NCBI GenBank assembly: GCA_965287045.1
Contig: OZ336899.1
Location: 12,586,001 to 12,650,000 of the forward strand
Length of the DNA: 64,000 bases
Reading direction: 5' to 3'
Source of the DNA: Carcharhinus amblyrhynchos
Taxonomy: Eukaryota
Shown here: positions 40,001 through 50,919 of the stretch, in pieces
Layout: each line of letters starts with the position of its first letter
Position numbering within the stretch: position 1 is the stretch's first letter
The notes under the pieces: model-generated
Told to the model about the DNA's origin: nothing
What the model saw: the letters and a program-made list of their open reading frames with translations, nothing else
Database searches by the model: none
Program-made: the position numbers and the translations under genes

Positions 40001-40154
40001 TCTCTCCAGTATTTCCCCTCTTATGATACTTACTGTATCCAATACTTTATACTCCTGCTTTAATTAGAAGGTCTGTTTGGCGAAGACAGAGACCAAATAC
40101 TCATTGAGAACCCTGCTCACATCTTCTGCATTGAAGCATAATTGCCATTTATTC

Positions 40155-40472
40155 ACCAAAGACCTTCCAAACCTATGGCTACATCCACCTGGAAGGGCAA
40201 GAGCACAAAATACATGGGAATACCACCACCTGCAAGTTTCCCTCTAAGCCACTCACCATCCTGACTTGGAAATATATCCCTGTTCCTTCACATTCGCTGG
40301 GTTAAAATCCTGGAATTCCTTCCCTGAAGGCATTGTAGATCAACTCACAGCACATGGATTGCAGCGTTTCAAGAAGGCAGCTCATTATCACTTTCTCAAG
40401 GGCAAATAGGGATAGGCAATAAATGCTGGCCATGCAGCGACACCCATGTCCGGTGAATGAAATTTTTTTTTA
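40155..40472 (+). mobile_element. 3' fragment of a second LINE family (also at ~11635, ~14670, ~38500 on - strand)
   Basis: catgggaataccaccacctgcaagtttccctc..aaatcctggaattccttcc..caagaaggcagctca..gcaataaatgctggcc. Confidence 0.75.
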
Positions 40473-40636
40473 AATGCACATCTCTGATGGGCCCTCTCCA
40501 TTTTTGTTCTTAATATACTGGTCAAATATCTTCAGGTTTTCTTTGATTTTACCTGCCAATATTTTTTACATTTCCTCTCTTTGCTTTCCTAATTTCTTTC
40601 TTTACTTCTTTACTTTGTTTACTTTCTTTACTTTGT

Positions 40637-42742
40637 TTGAATAGAGGGGAGTACGGTAGGATGAGAGAAGAATTGGCGAATGTGGACTGGGGGAGCGCGT
40701 TGGAGGGAGGGTCCGCTGAGGAGCAGTGGAGGATCTTTAAGGAGATCTTTCTTGGTGCTCAGCAGAAATTTATTCCGATGGTCAAAAAGGACTGTAGGAG
40801 GAGAGGTAATAAGCCGTGGATAACGAAGGAGGTGAAGGAAAGTGTTAAATTAAAAGCGGAGGAATTTAGAGTAGCTAAGAGTAGTGGGCGAGAAGAGGAT
40901 TGGGAGAGGTTTAAATGTCAACAAAGATTGACAAAGAAGTTGATAAAGAAGGGTAGGAGAAACTATGAAGTTGGGCTAGCGCTTAATATAAAAAAGGATA
41001 GCAAGAGTTTTTATAAATATATAAAAAGGAAGAGGCTGGCTAGGGTGAATGTTGGTCCTTTAGAGGATGAGAAAGGGGACCTAGTGGTAGGGGATGGGGA
41101 TATGGCTAAGGTATTGAATAACTTTTTTGTTTCTGTCTTCACGGAGGAGGACGTGAATAATTTGCCGGGTGTTAGCGATGGAAAGGTGGTAGGACTGGAG
41201 GGTCTTAATGACATTACTGTTACTAGAGAGGCAGTGCTCGACAGACTGGAGGGGCTGATTGTGGACAAGTCGCCAGGACCGGATGGAATGCATCCGAGGG
41301 TTCTGAAAGAAATGGCGGAGGTGATAGTGGATGCCTTGGTGGTTATTTTCCAGACGTCGCTGAATTCTGGGGAAGTGCCGGATGATTGGAAAACGGCTAA
41401 TGTTACGCCGTTGTTTAAGAAGGGTGCCAGGCAAAAGGCGGGGAATTATAGGCCGGTTAGTTTAACGTCTGTGGTAGGTAAAATGTTAGAATCTGTCATT
41501 AAGGAGAAAATTGCAAGGCATCTTGAAGGGAATTGCTTGATAGAGCAGACGCAGCACTGTTTCATTAAAGGGAAGTCGTGTCTGACAAATTTACTGGAGT
41601 TCTATGAGGATGTGTCTAGGGCAGTGGATAGAGGAGAGCCGGTGGATGTGGTCTTTCTAGATTTTCAGAAGGCGTTTGACAAAGTACCTCACAAGAGGTT
41701 ATTGCAGAAGGTCAAGGGACATGGAGTTGGGGGTAGGGTGTTAGCGTGGATAGAGGATTGGTTGTCAAATAGGAGGCAGAGAGTGGGGGTCATTGGGTGC
41801 TATTCGGATTGGCGGATGGTGACTAGTGGAGTGCCCCAGGGGTCGGTGCTGGGGCCTCAGCTTTTTACCGTTTATATAGATGATCTGGAGGAGGGAACCG
41901 AGTGTAGGGTGTCGAAATTTGCTGATGACACCAAGATTGGGGGAACGGCAAATTGTGCGGAGAGTGTGGAGAGTCTGCAGAAGGATCTAGATAGGCTGGG
42001 CAAATGGGCCAGGAGATGGCAAATGGAATTTAATGTTGGCAAGTGTGAGGTGGTCCACTTTGGTAGGAAGAATGGTAGGAAGGACTATTACTTACGTGGC
42101 GAAAAACTGCAGAGGGACCTCGGGGTCCTTGTGCATGAGTCGCAAAAACCCAGCTTGCAGGTGCAGCAGGTGGTCAGGAAGGCGAATGGGATGCTGGCCT
42201 TCATAGCGAGGGGGATTGAATATAAAAGTAGGGAGGTCTTGCTGCAGCTGTATAGGGCATTGGTGAGGCCGCAGCTGGAGTACTGTGTGCAGTTTTGGGC
42301 GCCGCACCTGCGCAAAGATATTTTGGCCTTGGAGGGAGTGCAGAGGAGGTTTACTAGGCTGATACCGGAGTTGAGGGGGTTGAGCTATGAGGAGAGGCTG
42401 AATAAACTGGGCTTGTACTCGTTAGAGTTTAGAAGAATGAGGGGAGATCTCATTGAGACGTATAAGATGATGAATGGGATGGATAGGATAGAGGTGGAGA
42501 GACTCTTCCCGCTCAAAAAAGACAGTAGGACTAGGGGGCACAGCCTCAAGATAAAAGGGGGGCGGTTTAGAACGGAGTTGAGGAGGAACTTCTTCACTCA
42601 AAGGGTGGTGAATCTCTGGAATTCTCTGCCCGTTGAAGTGGTGGAGGCTGCCTCGCTAAATATTTTTAAGACGCGGGTTGATGGGTTTTTGATAAGAGAG
42701 GGGATTAAGGGTTATGGGGAGAGGGCGGGAAAGTGGAACTGA
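40637..42742 (+). pseudogene. CR1 ORF2 reverse transcriptase, 701 open codons, no endonuclease domain and no true start codon
   Basis: KSPGPDGMHPRVLKE, NYRPVSLTSVVGK, FLDFQKAFDKVPH, GVPQGSVLGPQLF, KFADDTK, RPQLEYCVQFW, FFTQRVVNLWN; the frame begins at TTG at the truncation point. Confidence 0.92.
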
Positions 42743-42837
42743 GCAGCGACAGATCAGCCATGATCTTATTGAATGGTGGGGCAGGCTCGAAGGGCTAGAT
42801 GGCCTACTCCTGCTCCTATTTCTTATGTTCTTATGTT
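40637..42837 (+). mobile_element. Young 5'-truncated CR1 LINE
   Basis: Uninterrupted RT frame, CpGs retained, 3' UTR ending tcctgctcctat(ttcttatg)2ttc; inserted in the old CR1 at ..tttacttc|acctctg.. Confidence 0.95.
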
Positions 42838-42911
42838 CACCTCTGTATTTTCTATATTCCATCAGACTTTCTACAGAATTATGCTCTTAGTGCCTGTCAT
42901 AAGCTTTCTTA

Positions 42912-43120
42912 TGACAGACACTAAGGGCAAGTTAGTATGGCCAATCGACCTAACCCGCACATCTTTGGACTGTGGGATGAAACTTGAGCGCCCAGAGGAA
43001 ACCCACGCAGACACAGGGAGAATGTGCTAACTCCACCCATACAGTGACCCAAGTCAGGAATCAAACTCAGGCCCCTGGAACTGTGAGGCAGCAGTGCTAA
43101 CTACTGTGCCACCATGCCGC
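42912..43120 (-). mobile_element. HE1-type V-SINE, 5' two-thirds
   Basis: cacatctttggactgtggg..gaggaaacccacgcagacac..gtgaggcagcagtgctaactactgtgccaccatgccgc. Confidence 0.9.
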
Positions 43121-43510
43121 ATGCCGTATGTTTCTGGATAACCAGAGGGCTCTAGATTTGGCAGTACCCACTTTTCCCTTTGTGGGGACATTGCCTATGG
43201 AATCTTGCTTTTGAATGCCTCTCAATGATCTGACACTGTTTTTCCTTCTCATAGCTATATGCAGTCAACTTAGGTTTATCCATCAGCTTTGTAACATTTG
43301 TCTTTCCCCAATTTAGAACTTTTACCCCTGTTCTATCTTTGTTCTTTTCTATAATGATGCTAAATATTGTTATTATCCTCATAATGGTCCTCCACTGTGG
43401 CTTCATCCACTTGTCCAGCTTCATTTCCTCAGACTAAGTTGCATCCCCTCTGGTTGGGCTTGTTATGTGCTGACTAGAAAGGTTCTCTTGAATTCAGTTC
43501 AAGAATATTG

Positions 43511-44755
43511 TTGATCACCCAAATAAGGAACATAATGAACAATAACAGGTACCCCAAGTGTTCTAAGGATGTGAAGCCCAAATACAACAAGTTATGAGGA
43601 GTAAGTAATTTTTATCTGGGGCAACATGCCATAATAGCATATTTCTGTGAAGTGAAATCTTCATTCAGTAGCTGCACTTTTAACCAGTTCCCTTTGCAGG
43701 TTCACTTCATCATCAATCAAATGATCCCTGATAGCTGGAGGGTGGAGGATAATGGCGAAAGTATTCCAATTTGACCTACTGTATTGGAAAGTTTCAGTGT
43801 ATTGAATTATCAATGGCCACCATCCTCACCCTTCTCCCCACCCCTGAGAAGCTAAGTTGGTCAATGTTCTGTGTAAAATAGAATGGAACCAGCCACCAAT
43901 CACAGTCTGTGCCAATTAGATTGATCAAAACTACAACCAGTTAATCTAGAACAGTCTTTCATACTGTTTGCATTCCAATTGATATTCGGGTAGTTGAAGC
44001 CCCCAACAAATACTGCCTTCTTTTTTTGCATATAGAAATTTGCTCTTCTGACTCCTCGCTATTTGGGAGTCTGTAGTTCACTCTTCGTATGTGGCTGTCC
44101 CTTTTTAATTTCTGAGTTCAACCCATACAGCCACATTTGATGCTTCCTTCAGTATATCATCCCTCCTCAGCCATAATGATTGATATTTTTTGAAGGGAGG
44201 TTTGAAGTGGCATTTCCTAGGGGTCAGGATTGGGATCCTTGCTTTCTGAAGTTATGTTGGCAAACTAAGATTAAGCACTACACTGTGTCTATCTGTTAGA
44301 CCTGTGCTATATGGTTCTAGATTAACTGGTTGTAGTTTAGATCAATCTAATTGGCACAGACTGTGATTGGTGGCTGGTTCCATTCCATTTTACACAGAAC
44401 TTTGACCAACTTAGCTTCTCAGGGGTGGGGAGAGGGGTGAGGATGGTGGCCATTGATAATTCAATACACTGAAGCTTTCCAATACAGCAGGTCAAATTGA
44501 GATACTTTCGCCATTATCCTCCACCCTCCAGCTATCAGGGATCATTTGATTGATGATGAAATGAACCTGCAAAGGGAACTGGTTAAAAGTGCAGCTACTG
44601 AATGAAGATTTCACTTCACAGAAATATGCTATTATGGCATGTTGCCCCAGATAAAAATTGCTTACTCCTCATAACTTGTTGTATTTGGGCTTCACATCCT
44701 TAGAACACTTGGGGTACCTATTATTGTTCACTCTGTTCCTTATTTGGGTGATCAA
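43511..44755. repeat. Long inverted repeat: arms 43511-43952 and 44314-44755 (442 bp each), 361-bp spacer
   Basis: Arms aligned by eye end to end with ~13 substitutions and no gaps. Confidence 0.96.
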
Positions 44756-44829
44756 GCTTTGACTCCTTGCATAACCCAGTGTCCAAATATCTCTGTCTCA
44801 GTAGCGATCTTCTGATGGTGATTTGTACC

Positions 44830-45215
44830 ATGATGGTCAACTCTGTATTAAATATTACCTGATGTGGTTCAGCAGTTCCACCCTGGCATGGCAATCTGTG
44901 TCACATTTGCTGCAGAAGAAGACAGTGGGATGAGGTGCACAATTCTCTGGTGTCTTCTTTCTCTGAACCCTCTTTTCAGCCAGCTGAATTTTCTGTTTCT
45001 TTCCAATGCCCTTCCAGTCAGCTTCCAGAGATCACAAACATAAGCGACTGACTCCCTGCTGTCTGTTTCAATATCTTCATATCTGGCTTGTAGATGTCCT
45101 TGTAACAGAGGTATGGACACCCAGGTATGGTCACACCTTGTGATCCATCAATCAGTTTACCGTACACAAGGTCTTTGGACTTATTGCCATCATCCATCCA
45201 ATGAACATGGCCAAA
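44830..45215 (-). mobile_element. RTE-clade LINE 3' fragment
   Basis: FGHVHWMDDGNKSKDLVYGKL..GCPYLCYKDIYKPDMK resembles the RTE motif WLGHVxRMxDGRIPKDxLYGEL..GRPxLRYKD. Confidence 0.8.
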
Positions 45216-45339
45216 CAAAATATCAGGTTACTTCCAACTCACTCCATTTTAGTTGATAATGATTATTTAACAGAAGCTATTGCTTGCCATCTGATATAGT
45301 CCCCATCAGCATATTACAACTGCACAATGCAAAGTTAAA

Positions 45340-45790
45340 ACATCTCTATGCTTCGGACTAGATTAACACCCAAGTGAAGCACTGAAGTAGGACAGCACTG
45401 TTGAAGGTGTTGCATTTTGGATCAAGTTTTAAACTGTGGTTCTACCTGCCTCTCTCTAATTTGAATAAAAGATCTCATGGCATTACTTCAAGGGAGAGCA
45501 GTGGAGATTTTCCCATATTCCCAGGTGTTCTAGCCAATACTTATGGCTCAATTAACATAATGGAATCAAATGATTTGAACATTAAGATAAAAGCAATTCT
45601 GACAAAGTATCATCCAAGCTCAAAACATTAGCTCTAACTCTGCAGATGCTATCAGGCCTGCTGAGATTTTCCAGCAATTTTGTTTTTGATCTAAGCATAT
45701 TCTTATTGTTGTTAGTGGGTCCGTCCTGTGTGTAAATTGGCTGTCAAGTTTCTTTCAAAAGTGACTATACTCTAAATGTGCTTCCCAGAG
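45340..45790 (+). mobile_element. SacSINE1/Deu-domain SINE with a Penelope-like insert (45588-45690)
   Basis: aaaagatctcatggcattacttcaagggagagcag..ccaggtgttctagccaata..ctgtgtgtaaattggctg. Confidence 0.7.
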
Positions 45791-46534
45791 ACATTTCTCT
45801 TAGCTAATCAAAAATCAGCATTGAAATTATCATACAAATCAAATTTGGTCCATAACTACCTCATCTATTATCTGACCAAAGAAACAATCACTAACCAGAT
45901 TGCTTCTAGACTGCTCTCAGCTGAAAGTGCACAAAACCTGTTTCTCTGCCTTGCACTTTTGCCTCTTCTCAGAGCACACACATCAATTTGACTCTTGAGC
46001 CAATTTGCATTCCTGAATGTGGGACTATTAAAAAGCTTCCAGGAACCTGAAAAGTCTGTGGTTCAATAATATTCCAATTAAATGATGGTGCTGCTCTTTG
46101 TTTTTCTCACTCTGGTTTCACAGCTCCGTGGATATAACTGTCCTCTGGTATCTTACTCATATGTCCATTCTTCATGCATGAACACAATCATCTATTCCAC
46201 TGTGAATGGCATTGCGACTGAGCTTGATTCTATCCTCATCTGACATCCACACATGTGCATTTAATAGCATTCAAGAGAAGGAACCCTGGCCATTATTCCC
46301 TTGCCAGCCCAAGTGGACTTGAATCAATTGTGATAATCCAGAATAAGCTAACCCAACACATTCCAGGGATGTGCTGCATTGGATCACTCTAGGATTGTGA
46401 GTCAGAGGACATGAATTGCCTCTGCATCAGTAGACCATGAATTAGTTCCCATTCTTGACCACTATCAAGTGATTCCTGCCACAACCCACTTGCATCTCTG
46501 GGCATAGTGTATACAGGATCTGGCTGCAAGTGAA

Positions 46535-46705
46535 TTTAAAAGCAAAATACTGTGAATGCTAGAATCTGAAATAAAAACAGAAAATGCAAGAAAATTTCAG
46601 CAGATCTGATAGCATCTGTGGGGAGAGAGTAGAGCCAATGTTTTGAGTCTAGAGGACCTTTTGGTTCTATTCTGCTGAGAGTTTCCAGCATTTTCTGTTA
46701 TTTAG
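46535..46705. mobile_element. Penelope-like palindromic terminal-repeat element
   Basis: aaagcaaaatactg..tctgaaataaaaacagaaaatgc..cagcaga with reverse arm tctgctgagagtttccagcattttctgtt; same family as 24162-24255. Confidence 0.6.
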
Positions 46706-47574
46706 CTTGCTGACCTTATCGGTCAGATATGAAGATTAACCACTTTTGCTCAGTCCCAGGAACTAGCTATCATCCTGTGGAACTAAACACAGCTTGATTT
46801 ACATATCCTGAGGAGACGAGAAAAGAAAGGCATTTAAAAAAAAAATTAGGGGAGGTTGACAAAATGGATGGAGAGTGACGGCCACCCCAGGCCAGCAGCA
46901 AGTTCATTAGTTGAAGTGGAGAGGAGAGGGCACTCAGCTCTGTGAATGTTCTTGGGACAATGAAGTAAAGAAATAGGAGCTGGAAGCACCAACTAAATTG
47001 TTGGTGAATTAGCTGAAGTCAGAAGCTCCTGAATAGTCTGAAGTAGGGACGGGAAATGCTAGACATGTGCACAATTCAGACTGAATTAGGTAATCTATTC
47101 AGAGCAAATGAAAAGACTGTGAGCCTTCTTTCTTTAGGTAAATTGGGAGGAAATTCCTTTTTTTTGTCAGCGATTCTGAAGGGCTTGAGCTTTTCAGTTA
47201 GTTACCTGAGGCCCACAGGGCAGTGAAAGACAAAGAAAGGGAAATGCTCAATAAAACTACTAGCACTGTACAGATAAATTGGTAATAAATGAAGATTTCA
47301 GTCTGAGCTTCAAGGCTTACAGTGTCTGTGAGACCAGCAGCATTAGGGGAAGGGGTGGGAGGGGACATGAAGTGGTATTGTCCCCTCCTGACCCAAATTT
47401 AACAGATTTAGTCAATACGAAATCTTTGTTTAAAGACAGTCTAAATGGCCAGCTTTCCTGCATGACAATCGGTATAATAAAAACAGACTTAACAAAACAG
47501 TAATAATTGAACAAAAAAACTTTTATGCTCATCTTCTCCCTTTCTGGAAGGTGGCAATTCATGAAAGGAAGGAA

Positions 47575-47730
47575 AAGGAAGAACTTGGATTTTCACAACT
47601 TCAGGACATCCTAAAAGGAAATATATACCCAATGAAGTACTTATGAAGTATAGTCATTTTTGTAACATAGGAAATGCTGTGTCAATTGCAGGCACCAAAT
47701 TCCCACAAACAGCAAAGTGATAGATAGGTT
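47575..47730 (-). mobile_element. SacSINE1/Deu SINE 3' fragment
   Basis: caggacatcctaaa..caatgaagtactt.tgaagtatagtca..cccacaaacagcaa. Confidence 0.7.
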
Positions 47731-47773
47731 CACGCTTTCCTTGGAGGATCGCCAACTCTCCAGGATTGTCCAA

Positions 47774-48402
47774 GGGTGGAATTTAATCCACGTGAATGGA
47801 AGGCCACCCTTCAACTGGAGAGCCAGTGACAGCCAGGTCTCACCTCCACTTCGGCATGCAGGTGGCCAACAGCAGACCTTCCCCAGGATCAAGGACCCTG
47901 GGAACAAAAGTCCCCAGCTTCTCATTGCCATCAGTACCACCGAGAGAGTGGTGGTAGTTGCCAGCAATGCACCCACCAAAGGCCAAGGATCAGTGAGTGA
48001 TCAGGCTGTAGCTGAATGAGGGCAGAATGAGAGTGGTGGGGAGTATCAGAGAGTCAGAGCAAAGGGTGACTCATATGGGCCCCACTCACTGGTACCAGAT
48101 CACTCGATCAGACGCTGAGTGCCCAATAATGAGGGAAACTTCCTGGGAGCTCCCACGTGCTGACTGTCCGGTCCGCCACTGATGCTCAATCAGCAGAGGT
48201 TGAATGAGGCCCTTAAGTAGTCATTAGTTGCCACTTAAAATCATCAGTTTGTGATGGGACATATGTCTATGCAGTAACATTACTCAGCCATAGTTGGGAC
48301 AGAGGCTGGAAGGTGGCAAAGACCCCACTCAATAATCTTCTACCCAATTAAATGGCACTTTGTCTCCAAACTTGCCTGGCGGAAGGGTATTAAATTCTGC
48401 CC
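47774..48402. mobile_element. Harbinger-like MITE, 629 bp
   Basis: 14-bp TIRs GGGTGGAATTTAAT / ATTAAATTCTGCCC (12/14). Confidence 0.75.
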
Positions 48403-48766
48403 TATTTTCACCAAAACATGACGGTTAATATTCTGGACACAGCTGTGAGCAGCCTAGGAGAAAAATCACAGAAATATTAAAAATTATGTTTTTTTCACTT
48501 TTAATGGGTGGCATCTTACCAAAGAAATGGCAAAGTGTCAGGACCTGACTGAAAACCAGCAAGAAACAGGCAGATTTTATCTCCAGATCTTACAATACTT
48601 TGTCAAAAAAAATCAGGGGGGCATGGTTCACGTGGTCATGTTGAGGTGTGGAGCCTAAACACACTGGCAAAGCCTGGATGCGCTGAGATCTGAATGCCAT
48701 TTTTAAAGGGCACCTCAATCAAAGGAAGAAATAACTTTTCCACCATCCCACCACAAGGGGTGGCAA

Positions 48767-48882
48767 GGGATACAGTGGTTGGCACAGCAGCCTCACAGCC
48801 AGGTTTGATTCCTGGCTTGGATCACTGTCTGTGCATAGTTTGCATGTTCTCCCCATATCTGCATGTGTTTCCTCTGGGTGCA
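48767..48882 (+). mobile_element. HE1-type SINE 5' fragment
   Basis: cagtggttggcacagcagcctcacag..cactgtctgtgcatagtttgcatgttctcccc. Confidence 0.75.
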
Positions 48883-48884
48883 CC

Positions 48885-50870
48885 AATGGGGATATATCAA
48901 TCTTCAGCCCTGTTAATTTCTCCAATTAAACCTTCATTAGATTCGAGAGGCACCTGTGTCGGCACAGTCTTGGTAGGCCGACACAGTTCCTGTGCTGTTT
49001 TGTTCTTTGTTCATACTATTACAAATTTCCTTCAATTCCTTATTCTCCCTTGTCCCTTGGATCTCTAATTCTGGGAGATTTTTTGCATCTCTCTCAGTGA
49101 AGATAGACACAAAGTAATCATTAAGTTTCTTTAGCTTCTCTGCTATTTTGCTATTCCCTGTTATAACTTTTCCTGTCTTTATCTGTAATGGACCCACACT
49201 TGTCTTAGCCAAAGATTTATTTTTTAAGTAGCTGCAGAAACAGTTACCATCTGTTCTTACATTTTTCCTAGTTTACATTCTTATCCGAAGCTTCCTTTCT
49301 TTATCAGTTTCCTGGTCCTCCTTAATGTATTCAAAAATCTTCCTGATCCTCAGGTTTATTACAGTTTCTGGTGGTTTTATAGGCCTTTATTTTTAATCTT
49401 TAATCCTTAATTTCCTTTTTAGCCACAGTTTCTTTGGGTATTTATACCTTGAATGTATGTGTAAATACTGCAAATTATGTCATAATGATTATCCATTGGA
49501 AAAGACTATTATATATTTTATTACATTTTCCCAATCCACCTCAACCAACTTACTCCTCACACCTTCACTTAATATCCTGGCTTCAGATTGAACTACCTCC
49601 CTTGCCGCATAATGTAAAACTTTATCATATTATGGTCACTCATCCCTCAGGCTCTTTTACAAGATTATTAATTAGTCTTTTTTCATTACATAATACCAGA
49701 TCTAAACTTGTTTGTTCTCCAGTCAATTCCTCAACATTCTACTCAAGAAAATGATCCCTAACACACTCCAGAACACTGCAGAAACTTGCCTTTCATTACA
49801 TTAGCACTTATCAGATTTCCTCAGTCTTTATGCAGATTGAAGTCACCCATGATCATTGTATTACCCATACTACATACTTCTCTAATCTCCTGACTCATAC
49901 CATGACCCACACTACCACTATTGTTTAATGGCTTATAAACAACTCCCACCAGTGTATGCTGCCCCCTTGCTGGTTCTTAGCTTCACCCAAACAAATCCTC
50001 CATTTTGTTCTTCCAAACTGAGATCTTCCCTTATTAATGTACAGATCCAATCCCTTATTATCAGCGCAACCCCACTCCCTGCCTGTCCTTAATAAAAATT
50101 AAGTGAAGTAATCAACAGTGGATTTCTCCTCTGATTACATCTGCTGGATGCATGAATGTCAAAGGAGGCCTTAGCTCCGATGTCCTCCAAGACACATACT
50201 GAGTATCCAACATTCCAGTGTTGCAATTCTTAGGGGTTTCATTTTATGATGTGAAATGATACATTTTGGTGGGAAAAATAAGGAGAGGCATTATGAACTA
50301 AATAGTACCATTTAAAAGAGTGTGTGTGAATTGAGAGACTGGGGAATACATGTACACAACTATTTGAAGGTGGCAGGAGAAGTTTAGAAGGCTATCAATA
50401 ATGTTAATAGGAGATTATTGAATAGTGAGTTCCTAGTCTTGGTCACCCTGCAGCCATATTTATGGTAATTAGATCATACACATTTATCTCTATTTATGCC
50501 TTTTAAATCTTGTTGTGATTTCTGCATGCATTCAGTAGAGTGCCTTTAACTTAGCCTTTGTGATATTATTCCACGTTCTAGATTCAGTTGATGCTTGCCT
50601 TCATTTTGCTTGCTGTATAATTTCACTTTTCTACTTCCCATTACCAGCTTTACTTTCTTTCAATTTGAACTACCCCTCGGATTCCAACCTTCCTGCCCAA
50701 CAGCACTAGCAAAGCTCCCTGTGAGGATATTCGTCCTGGTCCTGTTCAGGAATAACCTGTCTAGCTTGTACAAATCCCACCTGTCCTAATGCCACAAAAT
50801 CTGATTGCCCCCCCCCCCCCCGCCATACCAATCTTCCTATTCTCATTCTCATCCTGTCGAGATGTGCAAT
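48885..50870 (-). mobile_element. Old CR1 LINE fragment (ORF1 esterase C-terminus, endonuclease, linker)
   Basis: ORF 48937-49212 (SVGPLQ..LNDYFVSIFTE); MGDFNL antisense at ~49840; RWDLYKLDRLFLNRTRTNILTGSFA (CR1 ORF1-like) at 50790-50705. Confidence 0.8.
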
Positions 50871-50919
50871 GATTGACAGTAGTTGAAAATACACACCCTT
50901 AAAGGTACATGGGCCTCAT

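Larger units (their letters stand above)
38742..44175 (-). mobile_element. Old CR1 LINE (endonuclease through 3' UTR) hosting four later insertions
   Basis: ORF 39722-40042 (KSPGPGGLHPTLL..VPEDWRSVNIVALFKKG..NYRSVNLTSVV); endonuclease motifs GGFNYPNINW (~44000) and PTRGDA (~43450). Sequence resumes across each insert. Confidence 0.85.

Noticed and set aside
41011-42597. Several minus-strand ORFs of 70-117 aa
   Set aside because: Antisense shadows of the CR1 RT frame.
40637-42742. 701-aa ORF as a functional or domesticated gene
   Set aside because: 5'-truncated CR1 with no endonuclease, no ATG at the boundary, an intact LINE tail and a near-identical sibling; youth explains the open frame.
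43511-44755. Foldback transposon with 442-bp TIRs
   Set aside because: The spacer continues the CR1 that flanks the left arm, and no TSD flanks the unit.
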